Positions 28,407 to 37,770 of a stretch of 64,000 nucleotides of DNA are shown here, one piece after another; positions within the stretch are counted from its first letter, which is position 1, and every line of letters begins with the position of its first letter. The position numbers and the translations under genes are program-made. A model generated the notes under the pieces. That model was not told where the DNA came from. It saw only the letters and a program-made list of their open reading frames with translations, and did no database searches. Location: positions 1,184,001-1,248,000 of the forward strand of contig CBDBCY010000004.1 in assembly GCA_965203555.1 (NCBI GenBank), written 5' to 3'. Source of the stretch: Acidimicrobiia bacterium. GTDB taxonomy: Bacteria > Actinomycetota > Acidimicrobiia > Spongiisociales > ZC4RG35.

Positions 28407-30515
28407 ATGAGCGCTTCCCGCCCCCCGCTGCCAGAGGAGTCACGAATCGGTGTAGATGTGGGAGGCACTTTCACCGACGTTGTGGTCACCAGCGCAGGTG
28501 GCGACATCTACACTTACAAACTGCTTTCCACGCCACAGGACTTCAGCGAAGGAGTCGTCGACGGAGTCCGCGAGATCATCGAATCTGGAGGAGTCGACCC
28601 GGCCGACACCCGCGATGTGGTGCATGGAAGCACCGTGGCCACCAACGCCATCCTGGAGCGAAAAGGCGCGCTCACCGGGCTGTTGACTACCAAGGGGTTC
28701 ACCGATGTCCTCGAATTGCGGAGGCTGCGAGTCCCCAAGCTGTATGACGTGACCTGGCAGAAGCCCGAGCCGTTGGTCGAGCGCGCTATGCGGCTGGAGG
28801 TGATCGAGCGCGTCGGAGTGGACGGCGGTGTGGTTACGACACTGGATCTCGTCGACGCTCGACAGAAGGTGGAGCGCTTGATCGAACTCGGAGCAGAGTC
28901 GATCGCAGTTAGCCTCATCCACTCCTACGCCAATTCCTCGCACGAGACGGCCATCGGGGAGATGCTCGCCAGGGAGTACCCCGAGGTTTGGATCTCGCTC
29001 TCCCACCGGGTGTTGCCGGTCATCCGAGAGTACGAGAGGACCAGCACCACGGTGCTCAACGCCTACGTCAGACCGGTGGTCGCCTCCTACCTCGAGGCAC
29101 TCCGGGGAAAGCTCAACCGGTTGGACGTGACGGCACCCTTGCTCATCATGCAGTCCAACGGGGGCGTGATGACCAGCGAAGCAGCCGCCGAGCGACCGGC
29201 GTATGTTGTGGAGTCCGGTCCTGCGGCCGGGGTGATCGCCTCCAGCGGGCTGGCGCGATCCTTGGGAGAGGACAAAGTGATCACGTTCGACATGGGCGGC
29301 ACCACCGCCAAGACGGCATTGGTAGAGGACGGCGAACCGCATTTCACAGCCGAATTCGAGGTGGCGTCGTCGATGTCGGCCGGAAGCCGTCTGCGAAGCG
29401 GAGGCGGCTATGCGTTGAGCGTGCCGTTCATCGACCTGGCCGAGGTGGGCGCCGGGGGTGGCAGCATCGTGTGGATCGATCCAGCCGGCGCTCCGAAGGT
29501 CGGCCCCTCCTCTGCCGGGGCGCTTCCCGGGCCGGTGTGTTACGGAAAGGGAGGCGAGGAGCCCACGGTCACCGACGCCAATCTGTTGCTCGGGTATCTG
29601 AATCCCGGGGGTCTGTTGGACGGAGCGGTGAAATTGGATGTTGCCGGCGCCCGGACCGTGTTCGAGGAGAAGGTCGCCGCTCCCTTGGATCTGGATGTCC
29701 AGGTCGCCTCCTACGGCGCTCATCTGATCGCCAACGCCAGCATGATCCGGGCGATCAAGTCGGTCTCGGTGCAGCGGGGCCGGGATCCGCGCGACTTCAC
29801 CCTGGTCGCGTTCGGGGGGAGCGGGCCCGTCCACGCGGTGGGGATCGCCAGGGAACTGGGAATCAAACGGGTGATCGTGCCGCCCCAACCGGGGGTCTTC
29901 TCGGCTGTGGGACTGCTGGAGGCCCGGTTGGAATTCCACGCCAAGAAGACCTACCTGCGGCGCACCGCCGGCCTGTCCCCCCAAGAACTTCAATCGGAGA
30001 TCAGCGAGTTGGAGGCGCAGGCGCGGGAGGGGGTGGGACATGGGAGCCTTGAGACCGTCTCCTTCGAATTCGAACCGTGGGTGGAGATGCGGTATGTGGG
30101 CCAGGGGTTTGAACTCCCCGTGAAGTTGCCGCCGTTTTCAGATGACTGGTCGGCATGGTTGGCGGAACTGGACCGGGCGTTCGGCGAGCAGCACCTGAAC
30201 ACGTACGGCCACGTAACCAACAATCAGACCGAGATCGTGCAACTCCTGGTGGTGATACGCGAGTTGAATCCACCCGGCGTACCGGCGGGCGACCGGCCCG
30301 ACTCGCAACCGGACGAGTCGAACGTGAGAGACGTGTTCTTCGGCGAGGCCCTGGGGCTTTTGCCGACCCCGGTGCTCCGTCGCGGCGATCTCACGCTTGC
30401 GCCCAGAGAGGCGCCGCTCATAATCGAGGACTACGACGCCACCACGGTGGTCCCGCCCGGTTACCGGGTCTTCCGGGACCGGTCCTGGAATGTGTTCATC
30501 GAGGAGGGTACGTGA
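28407..30515 (+). CDS. Hydantoinase A / oxoprolinase subunit
   Basis: IGVDVGGTFTD, HGSTVATN, ESGPAAG, DMGGTT, GAGGGS. Confidence 0.93.
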   Translation: MSASRPPLPEESRIGVDVGGTFTDVVVTSAGGDIYTYKLLSTPQDFSEGVVDGVREIIESGGVDPADTRDVVHGSTVATNAILERKGALTGLLTTKGFTDVLELRRLRVPKLYDVTWQKPEPLVERAMRLEVIERVGVDGGVVTTLDLVDARQKVERLIELGAESIAVSLIHSYANSSHETAIGEMLAREYPEVWISLSHRVLPVIREYERTSTTVLNAYVRPVVASYLEALRGKLNRLDVTAPLLIMQSNGGVMTSEAAAERPAYVVESGPAAGVIASSGLARSLGEDKVITFDMGGTTAKTALVEDGEPHFTAEFEVASSMSAGSRLRSGGGYALSVPFIDLAEVGAGGGSIVWIDPAGAPKVGPSSAGALPGPVCYGKGGEEPTVTDANLLLGYLNPGGLLDGAVKLDVAGARTVFEEKVAAPLDLDVQVASYGAHLIANASMIRAIKSVSVQRGRDPRDFTLVAFGGSGPVHAVGIARELGIKRVIVPPQPGVFSAVGLLEARLEFHAKKTYLRRTAGLSPQELQSEISELEAQAREGVGHGSLETVSFEFEPWVEMRYVGQGFELPVKLPPFSDDWSAWLAELDRAFGEQHLNTYGHVTNNQTEIVQLLVVIRELNPPGVPAGDRPDSQPDESNVRDVFFGEALGLLPTPVLRRGDLTLAPREAPLIIEDYDATTVVPPGYRVFRDRSWNVFIEEGT

Positions 30516-32353
30516 TGACCATCCCAACATCCGGAACGGCCGCCATCGAGCGGGAACTGATCCGCGAGGGTCTGGCGGCGATATGCGAGGAGATGGCGGT
30601 GAGCGTCCTTCGGACTTCGCACTCGGAGACGGTGAAGAGCGCCATGGACTTCTCCACGGCTCTGTGTGACGAGAGCGGACAGATAATCGCCCAGGGAGTC
30701 ACCCTGCCCAACCAACTCGGCGCCCTGCCGGAGGCGGTGGCGGCGATTCTGAGGCGTTTTCGGGGAGATCTGCATCCGGGTGACGTGGCGATGGTCAACG
30801 ATCCATTCGATGGCGGTATGCACCTTCCCGACATTTTCGTTGTGCGCCCCGTCTTCTTCGAATCGGAGTTCGCGGGACTGGTGGCGACGGTGGCGCATCA
30901 TGCCGACGTGGGTGGAATGGTTGCCGGGAGCATGTCGCCCTACGCGGAGGAGTGCTTCCAGGAGGGCCTGCGGATCCCGCCCGTCAAGCTCTATAAGCGC
31001 GGAAAGCGGGAGGAGGGAGTGTTCGCCCTGCTCGGCGCCAACACCCGGGTGCCGGACATCGTCCTCGGAGACTTCGACGCCCAACTGGTGGCGTGTGCGA
31101 CCGGCGTCAAGGCTTTCGATCAGATGATCCGCCGGTACGGACTTGCGGAGTTCAGGGCCCATGTGGCGGCTCTGTTGGACTACACGGAGATGCTCACCAG
31201 GCAGGAGATCAGAACGTTCCCGGAGGGGACCTACTCCTACACCGACTATCTGGACGACGATGGCGTCCGCGATGACCCGGTGCCCCTCTCGGTGTCCATC
31301 GAGATTCGCGACGGTGGAGTGACTCTCGACTTCACGGGAAGTTCGCCCCAGGTCCGGTCCTCTTTGAACAACACCCTCTCGTTCACGAATTCGAATACCT
31401 ACGCGGCGATGCGCACCCTGTTGCGGTCCGACATTCCCAACAACGAAGGGTTCTTCCGGCCGATTACGGTCAAGGCGCCGCGGGGATGCATTCTCAACTG
31501 TGTGCTCCCGGCCGCTACCGGAACCCGGGGTCTGACCGGTTTCCGGGTGATGGACGCCATCTTCGGCGCCCTGGCGCCCGCTCTGCCCGACCGGGTGATG
31601 GGCGCCTCCGACGGTGGTCTGTCGCTGGTGACGGTGGGAGGCGTGAGACCGGGCGGCGAGCGGTTCTCGGTGGTGGAATTGATCTCCGGAGCGTGGGGTG
31701 GCCAGTCTCTTCAGGACGGCGAGGACGGCGTTCCGAATGTGGGTGCCAACGTGAGCAATATCCCGGTCGAGATGCTGGAGTCTTCACTTCCCGTGAGAGT
31801 GGATCACTACGGCTACGTTCCCGACACGGGAGGCGCCGGTCTCCATCGGGGGGGCCTGTCGCTTCAGCGCGAGTACACGTTCCTGCAGGAATGCGACCTG
31901 AGCGTTCGCTCCGACCGGGCGACGATCTATCCCTACGGGATCGGCGCAGGAAGGCCCGGCACCCCTTCGATGAACCTTCTCGGCCCGGATGGCGAGGAGG
32001 CGCCCATGCCGTCGAAGTTCTCCCAGCGGGTCACGGCCGGGATGCGTTTGATTCACCGCACCGCCGGCGCCGGCGGCTGGGGTGATCCCCTCGACCGGGA
32101 CCCCGGGCTTGTCGCGGCCAACGTCCGCAATGGGATCCTGTCGGTCGAGCGAGCGTTCACCGAATACGGAGTGGTATTCCAGGCGGATAAGGCCGGAGTC
32201 GATGCGGATGCCACCGAAGCCGAACGGACGGCTCGCCGGGCCAGGTCCCAGGCGGGCACTACCACCCCGGTCTCTTCATCTGAGCCGACACCCTTGGAAG
32301 ACCGACTCAGCGACGCCCTACGAGAAACAGGGAAGATCCTGCCCCACCGTTGA
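30515..32353 (+). CDS. Hydantoinase B / oxoprolinase subunit
   Basis: NDPFDGGMHLPD, HHADVGG, QEGLRIPPVKL, GAGGWGDP. Confidence 0.93.
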   Translation: MTIPTSGTAAIERELIREGLAAICEEMAVSVLRTSHSETVKSAMDFSTALCDESGQIIAQGVTLPNQLGALPEAVAAILRRFRGDLHPGDVAMVNDPFDGGMHLPDIFVVRPVFFESEFAGLVATVAHHADVGGMVAGSMSPYAEECFQEGLRIPPVKLYKRGKREEGVFALLGANTRVPDIVLGDFDAQLVACATGVKAFDQMIRRYGLAEFRAHVAALLDYTEMLTRQEIRTFPEGTYSYTDYLDDDGVRDDPVPLSVSIEIRDGGVTLDFTGSSPQVRSSLNNTLSFTNSNTYAAMRTLLRSDIPNNEGFFRPITVKAPRGCILNCVLPAATGTRGLTGFRVMDAIFGALAPALPDRVMGASDGGLSLVTVGGVRPGGERFSVVELISGAWGGQSLQDGEDGVPNVGANVSNIPVEMLESSLPVRVDHYGYVPDTGGAGLHRGGLSLQREYTFLQECDLSVRSDRATIYPYGIGAGRPGTPSMNLLGPDGEEAPMPSKFSQRVTAGMRLIHRTAGAGGWGDPLDRDPGLVAANVRNGILSVERAFTEYGVVFQADKAGVDADATEAERTARRARSQAGTTTPVSSSEPTPLEDRLSDALRETGKILPHR

Positions 32354-32484
32354 CGGCCCCGTGGTATCCGCAACCGGGCGACTCCGCTGATGGTCCACTC
32401 GCGAAATCATCAAACCGGCGAACCCGCAGATTGTCACACATGACAGTTATAGTCCCAGATGACCACCATAGGGGAGGAGCACTG

Positions 32485-32748
32485 ATGCCGGCCACCATCA
32501 CCCGAGAGGAAGCACGACGGGAGACCCACGACAACTACGCCGTTTTTGTGGAGGAGATGCTTCCAGATCTGCTGGAAAACCACCCCAATGAGTGGGCTCT
32601 GCTCCGTGATCGCCGGCTCGTCGGTGTGTATCCAACGGGCATCGCTGCCAATCAAGCAGGCAGAGAGCGGTTCCCGGATCGTCGGTTCTCACTACAGGAA
32701 ATCACTGATCGTCCCTTGTTCGTGACTTATCACACGAGTGCTCATTAG
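32485..32748 (+). CDS. Small DUF5678-like protein
   Basis: RBS GGAGGAG; LPDLLENHPNEWALL..LVGVY pattern; overlaps the protease gene. Confidence 0.65.
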   Translation: MPATITREEARRETHDNYAVFVEEMLPDLLENHPNEWALLRDRRLVGVYPTGIAANQAGRERFPDRRFSLQEITDRPLFVTYHTSAH

Positions 32749-33139
32749 GGAACCCTACGACTATCTCGTAGGACCAATCGTGAGGGGCGTAGTGATACAC
32801 AATGAAGATTTGACCCGCCGCGTCCTGGTCAACGCTTTCTTTGATACAGGCGCCAAACTCACAGGAGTTTCCCAGCGAGTCACTTCCATGCTGGCGCCGT
32901 TCCAAACGAGGGTCGTTTCCGTAACGACCGCATTTGCACGTTCGGAAAACACCCTCGGCTACACAGCTGTTGTGGAGCTGCCGAACGACGGCGACCCGAT
33001 ACCCGTGCTCGTTTTCGAGGGCGGACCTTTTGGGCAATGCGACGCGTTGCTTGGGAGAGATGTCCTGCGGACGGGTACGTTCCATTTGACCGAGCACTGG
33101 TTTACTTTCGATCAGACGTCACCGATGATCGACCTTTGA
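32738..33139 (+). CDS. Single-domain retropepsin-like (clan AA) aspartic protease
   Basis: AFFDTGA catalytic motif and ALLGRDVL psi-loop motif. Confidence 0.8.
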   Translation: MLIREPYDYLVGPIVRGVVIHNEDLTRRVLVNAFFDTGAKLTGVSQRVTSMLAPFQTRVVSVTTAFARSENTLGYTAVVELPNDGDPIPVLVFEGGPFGQCDALLGRDVLRTGTFHLTEHWFTFDQTSPMIDL

Positions 33140-33207
33140 GATGTGCTGGGACTCGTCAACGACCCAACCAACCAACTGAACCGGCTTCCCCCTCCAAAGA
33201 ACCAATC

Positions 33208-34320
33208 TTACTTGTCGGATTTGTGTAGGGGTAGTAGCCGTGCGGGGTTCTCAACGATGATCTGTCTGATCACTTCGTTCGGTATGCCCTTCTTGCGCAT
33301 GAACGGAACCACGCTTTCCAGGATGTGGTAGTAGCCGTGGCCGCCGTATTTGGTCAGCCGGTGTTTGGTGCAGATATCTTGTGAAATAAGGAGACGAGAA
33401 GCTGTGTCGGCTTTGAGCAGTTTCACCATCCGGTCCAGTCTCTGGCCGTCGCTCGGCATGTCGAAGGGCGTGGCCCCGTAGAAGGAGGACTCGTGACCGA
33501 AGAGATCGAATTGGAGATAGGACTCCAGTTCCAGAAGTTCCCAGAGGATGCCTATGTCCTGTACCCGGAGATCAAGGTGTCCGAGCACCACGCGGCTCAT
33601 GTCGGCGCCGGCGTTGACCAGGACCTCGGCAACCTCCATCGGAGATCTCTGATCCCGGCCGGTATGGGTGGTGATGGCCACGCCGCACTCCCTCTGGACC
33701 TGGGCCGCGGCGGCCAAGACCCGCTTCTCGCGCTCATGCAAGGGCCAGGTGCAGGCGACCTTGATAACCCCTGCCCTGACCGATGTCTCTTCCTGGTGCC
33801 CCTGCCAGTCGTCGTGACCCTCGGTGGCAATCCGGATACCATCCAGGATGTCGGACTTCATCAGGTCCGCCAGTTGCTCTTCATTCAGGTCGAACATGTA
33901 GGAAGGGTGCGTGTGCGCCACGTAGAACCCGGTGGACATGATGATGTGGACGCCGCTTGCTCGAGAAACCCGCGCCAAGCCCACCGGATCACGACCTATA
34001 CCGGGAGGCGTAACCTCGACCACCGCGCCCCCACCCCATTCTTTGTAGAGCCGCATCTCGTCAATGGCTGTCGGAATGTCTCCCAGCAGGAGGTTGTCAT
34101 GGTGCCGGAAGTAGTTCCTCCGGATCCAGGCGAGATTGTCGAGACGTATGGGTTCAAACGCCCGGACCTTCTCGCTGGCTGTTCGAGGCGCCTCGAAGAT
34201 GCCGGTGACATCTGTCAGGATGTGCTCGTGCATCATGGTCGGACCCAACTGATGGGGATCCACCATTCCCAGTACCGTCTGTACCTGCCCTGGCGATGGT
34301 TGGTCTATGGTTTCGCTCAC
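33208..34320 (-). CDS. Phosphotriesterase-related protein (PTE/Php family)
   Basis: TMMHEH, GIGRDP, GVIKV, TTHT, GHLD, ISQDIC, YGGHGY. Confidence 0.92.
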   Translation of the reverse strand: MSETIDQPSPGQVQTVLGMVDPHQLGPTMMHEHILTDVTGIFEAPRTASEKVRAFEPIRLDNLAWIRRNYFRHHDNLLLGDIPTAIDEMRLYKEWGGGAVVEVTPPGIGRDPVGLARVSRASGVHIIMSTGFYVAHTHPSYMFDLNEEQLADLMKSDILDGIRIATEGHDDWQGHQEETSVRAGVIKVACTWPLHEREKRVLAAAAQVQRECGVAITTHTGRDQRSPMEVAEVLVNAGADMSRVVLGHLDLRVQDIGILWELLELESYLQFDLFGHESSFYGATPFDMPSDGQRLDRMVKLLKADTASRLLISQDICTKHRLTKYGGHGYYHILESVVPFMRKKGIPNEVIRQIIVENPARLLPLHKSDK

Positions 34321-34329
34321 AGTTCTCCC

Positions 34330-35484
34330 CTAACCGGATAGATTCAACTGGCGGGCTACATGTTCGAAAGCCGTCAGGATCCGTTCCATCTGCTCTTCGG
34401 TATGCACCGCCGAAGCGATAATACGGATTCGAGAAGTGCCCGCAGGGACATATGGCGGCAGGATGGCTCGTACGAAGATGCCGTTGGCAATGAGTATCGT
34501 CTCGGCCGCCTGAGTCTTGGCATCATCAGCGATCATTACGGGAGTTATCGGATGAACCGTGTCCGGCACCGAGAACCCCATCTGTGACAACGAAGAGTTG
34601 ATCCTGGCGGCATTCTCCCACAGCCGTTCTACACGCTGCGGCTCAGACTGCATGATCCGTAATGCCTCCAATGCGGCGGCCGCTGCTACGGGAGAGGGAG
34701 CGGTGGTGAATAAGAAGGTGCGGGCCACCTCGCTGAGGTAACCGATAACCTCGGCCGATCCGGTGGCGAATGCCCCCGCGCTCCCCAAGGCCTTTCCCAG
34801 TGTCCCCACGATCACATCAGCTCTGTCTGCGCGCTGGTAGTGGCCGCTCGAACCCTTCCCACCGGATCCGATGACCCCTGTGGCATGTGCGTCGTCCAGG
34901 ACCAGCATGGAGTCGTGTGCATCCGCCAGGTCGGCTATCTCATCCACCGGCGCCAAGTCTCCGTTCATTGAGAAGACGCTGTCGGTGACGATCAAGTTTG
35001 CTCCGGAAGCCTGGTCGAGTTGGCGGCTCAGATCTTCGACATCGCAGTGCTGGTAAACCCTTACCTTGGCGCGGCTCAAGCGGGCGCCGTCGATGATGCT
35101 GGCGTGATTGAGTTCATCGCTGCACACCGTGTCTCCGCGTCCGGGCAGAGCGGACACGACTCCCAGGTTGGCCGTATATCCGGATGCGAAGAGGAGCGAT
35201 GACTCGGCTGATTTCAATTCTGCCAGTTCCTCCTCGAGTTCCCGGTGCACCTGCGTGTCTCCTCCGATATGGCGAGATGCCCGTGCTCCGGCGCCGAACG
35301 TGGCCAGAGCGGTCTGTGAGGCGGCTATGACCCGTGGATCGGAAGCCAGCCCCAGGTAGTCGTTCAAACCGAGCGCTATGTAGGTGCGTCCCTCCAGGTG
35401 GATCGTCCCGGGCCGGACTACATCGGAGGCGGGATCGGATGGCGGCCACGCGGCGCTCCGATCGGCGATGCGCTCACGAATCAT
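34330..35484 (-). CDS. 8-amino-7-oxononanoate synthase-like alpha-oxoamine synthase
   Basis: NDYLGL, SGYTAN, DELNHASIIDG, DDAHATG, GTLGKALG; no other biotin genes nearby. Confidence 0.88.
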   Translation of the reverse strand: MIRERIADRSAAWPPSDPASDVVRPGTIHLEGRTYIALGLNDYLGLASDPRVIAASQTALATFGAGARASRHIGGDTQVHRELEEELAELKSAESSLLFASGYTANLGVVSALPGRGDTVCSDELNHASIIDGARLSRAKVRVYQHCDVEDLSRQLDQASGANLIVTDSVFSMNGDLAPVDEIADLADAHDSMLVLDDAHATGVIGSGGKGSSGHYQRADRADVIVGTLGKALGSAGAFATGSAEVIGYLSEVARTFLFTTAPSPVAAAAALEALRIMQSEPQRVERLWENAARINSSLSQMGFSVPDTVHPITPVMIADDAKTQAAETILIANGIFVRAILPPYVPAGTSRIRIIASAVHTEEQMERILTAFEHVARQLNLSG

Positions 35485-35569
35485 GTCACACCTTTTATCG
35501 GCATATGTGGCGTTTCCTCACCGGGTTGTTCCGGCATGGCGCATGCTGACTGATCGATCCGGCTGAGCT

Positions 35570-37135
35570 TCATCTTCGCAGCACCCGCCCGGGCCGGGTC
35601 CCAGTGAGGCTACCCGACCGCAACACCGGTTCGCCGTTGACCAGAACGTGCACCATGCCTTCGGCCAGGACATTCGGCTCGTACCTGGTCGCCTTCTCGC
35701 GAAACCCTGCCGGGTCGAACACCGCGATGTCGGCGAAGGCGCCCGGTTTCAATACGCCGCGGTCACGAAGTCCGAGGCGCTGCGCCGGAAGACCGGACAT
35801 CCGGTATGCCGCTTCGCCCGGTGTCAAGACTCCCTCCCGGTTGACGGAGAAGTTGTAGAAGTAAGAAGCCCATGTGTATGCGCCGTGGAAAGTCTTACCG
35901 GCAAGAGGACCGTCCGGCGCCATGGTGGTGGCGTCGGAGGCCGGCATCGACAGCGGGTGCGCGAAAGCCGTGCGGTGTTGAGCGGCGCTGTGACAGTCGA
36001 TCAGGACCATGAGCGACTCCATCGTCTCGATCGCTCCGAGCAGCAGGTCGTAGATGCAGTCCAGGCCCTCCTGTCCCCGCTCGTCGGCAATCGATCTGAT
36101 GGATCGTCGGCCGTAGTCGGGGTAAGCGTCGTGGTCGAGCAGTACTATGCGCTCCCAGTCGCCGCCCGCGCTGAGAATGCTGCGGAAACCTTTCATGCGC
36201 CGGCGTGCGTCGGCGTCCTCCAGCACGGAGGCGAGTCCATCGAGGCCGTTAGCCATGGCCCATGGCGGGAGCACCGAATAGAGGTAGGTGAACCCGAACA
36301 GGCGGGTATGCAGATCGAAAGCGACATCCAGGTCGCTGTGGTGAGCCTCATCGACCAACTCCAGGCACTGTTCCATGTCCGCATCGCCACTGCGGGGAAC
36401 CAGGTGGGACACCTGCAGTCTCACCCCCGCTGCCCTGGCGGTCCTGATGGCCTCGGCCACCCCTTCGGGCGCCCCGGCGTCCCGGTACCTGGCATGGCAG
36501 ACGTAAAGGTCATCCCGTTCAACCAGCGGCGCGCAGAGCCTGGTGACCTCCGACTCGGAAGCGCCGGCCTCGGTTGCATATTCCAGGCCGGTCGACAGCC
36601 CCCAGGCGCCCTCATCGAGTGCGGTCCGCAGGAGTTGGGCCATCTGGTTCAGTTCCTCTTCTGTCGATGGTCGATCTGTGAGACCCACGACGGCCAGGCG
36701 AAGCTGACCATGGGGGACCATGCTCACCACGTTCAAAGCCGGCGCCGCCTGCTCGAGTCGGGAGAAGTAACCCGAAGCCGAGTCCCAATCCAGATCGACG
36801 GAATCGGAGTATCCGTAGATCGCCTTCAAAGCGAGTTCCCGGTCTCTGATGGGAAAGCACCCGTGGCCACAGTTACCCACGACCTCGGTGGTGACTCCCT
36901 GGTAGATGGCGCTGACTGCCCGTGGATCCGCCAGAAGGGTGTAGTCGGAGTGACTGTGGATGTCGATGAATCCCGGAGTGACGAGCAATCCGGTTGCGTC
37001 CAGTTCCTCACCTTGACTTGAAGCCAGGTTCCCCACGGCAGCGATGCGTTTACCCACAATGCCTACATCGGCCGGTTCGGGCTCGGCGCCGGTGCCGTCC
37101 GCTATGGCGCCGCCACGGATCAAAAGGTCGAACAT
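35570..37135 (-). CDS. N-acyl-D-amino-acid deacylase family
   Basis: PGFIDIHSHSD, GVTTEVVGNCG, GLSTGLEY, ADIAVFDP. Confidence 0.92.
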   Translation of the reverse strand: MFDLLIRGGAIADGTGAEPEPADVGIVGKRIAAVGNLASSQGEELDATGLLVTPGFIDIHSHSDYTLLADPRAVSAIYQGVTTEVVGNCGHGCFPIRDRELALKAIYGYSDSVDLDWDSASGYFSRLEQAAPALNVVSMVPHGQLRLAVVGLTDRPSTEEELNQMAQLLRTALDEGAWGLSTGLEYATEAGASESEVTRLCAPLVERDDLYVCHARYRDAGAPEGVAEAIRTARAAGVRLQVSHLVPRSGDADMEQCLELVDEAHHSDLDVAFDLHTRLFGFTYLYSVLPPWAMANGLDGLASVLEDADARRRMKGFRSILSAGGDWERIVLLDHDAYPDYGRRSIRSIADERGQEGLDCIYDLLLGAIETMESLMVLIDCHSAAQHRTAFAHPLSMPASDATTMAPDGPLAGKTFHGAYTWASYFYNFSVNREGVLTPGEAAYRMSGLPAQRLGLRDRGVLKPGAFADIAVFDPAGFREKATRYEPNVLAEGMVHVLVNGEPVLRSGSLTGTRPGRVLRR

Positions 37136-37241
37136 GAGCCGGCTATTCCATTCGAGTCAAGCTCTCAGCCCGGCCTGGAGGATGGGTGGACAGGGTGTGA
37201 AAAGTCGACACCGGGCGGCGGCAAAAGGTGACGGTAAAGGG

Positions 37242-37510
37242 TTGCCTTTTGTCCCACTCCCGGTGCATATTGAATTCTGTCACGAAAACACCTCCCGGCC
37301 CGTTCCGACGTCACCGCGGCCGCCATACTTCCACGGAGGTCATATATCTGTCGAAGAGGGCGACTCCCGGCGGACCGGCGAAGCGCGCGCTCCGACCCTT
37401 GGCGGTGGTGGCGGGGGTGGGCCCGAAGGGGAGAAAGCGCTAGACGTTTTTCGCGAGACAGGAGTAGGTCTTCGCGACTTGGGGAGGATCCACCGTTCTC
37501 GCCTACCCGC
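37242..37510 (+). ncRNA. Dispersed element copy A: promoter plus candidate structured RNA
   Basis: TTGCCT-18-CATATT followed by ordered sequence blocks shared with 58011-58269 (minus strand); the repeat is seen directly, the RNA call is inferred. Confidence 0.5.
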
Positions 37511-37770
37511 GTTCCTCTTGACAACCTGTATCCCCGCCCTGCCATCAGCGTAGATGGCACAAGTCCGATGCCGGGAAAGGAGAAAAAATATGCGTCACCC
37601 CCTGACCAGAGCAGGGATGCTTCACTACCATGACAGGTGATATGTTACACAATGCATGTTGTGTAGCAGGCAGGAGTCTCAACTTTCGCCAACCATCTGT
37701 GCTGATTCCACAGAGACCCCTTGGGGCGACATGCTCACCCATGTCACTCCTAAAGAAAGGAGCTGAATAA

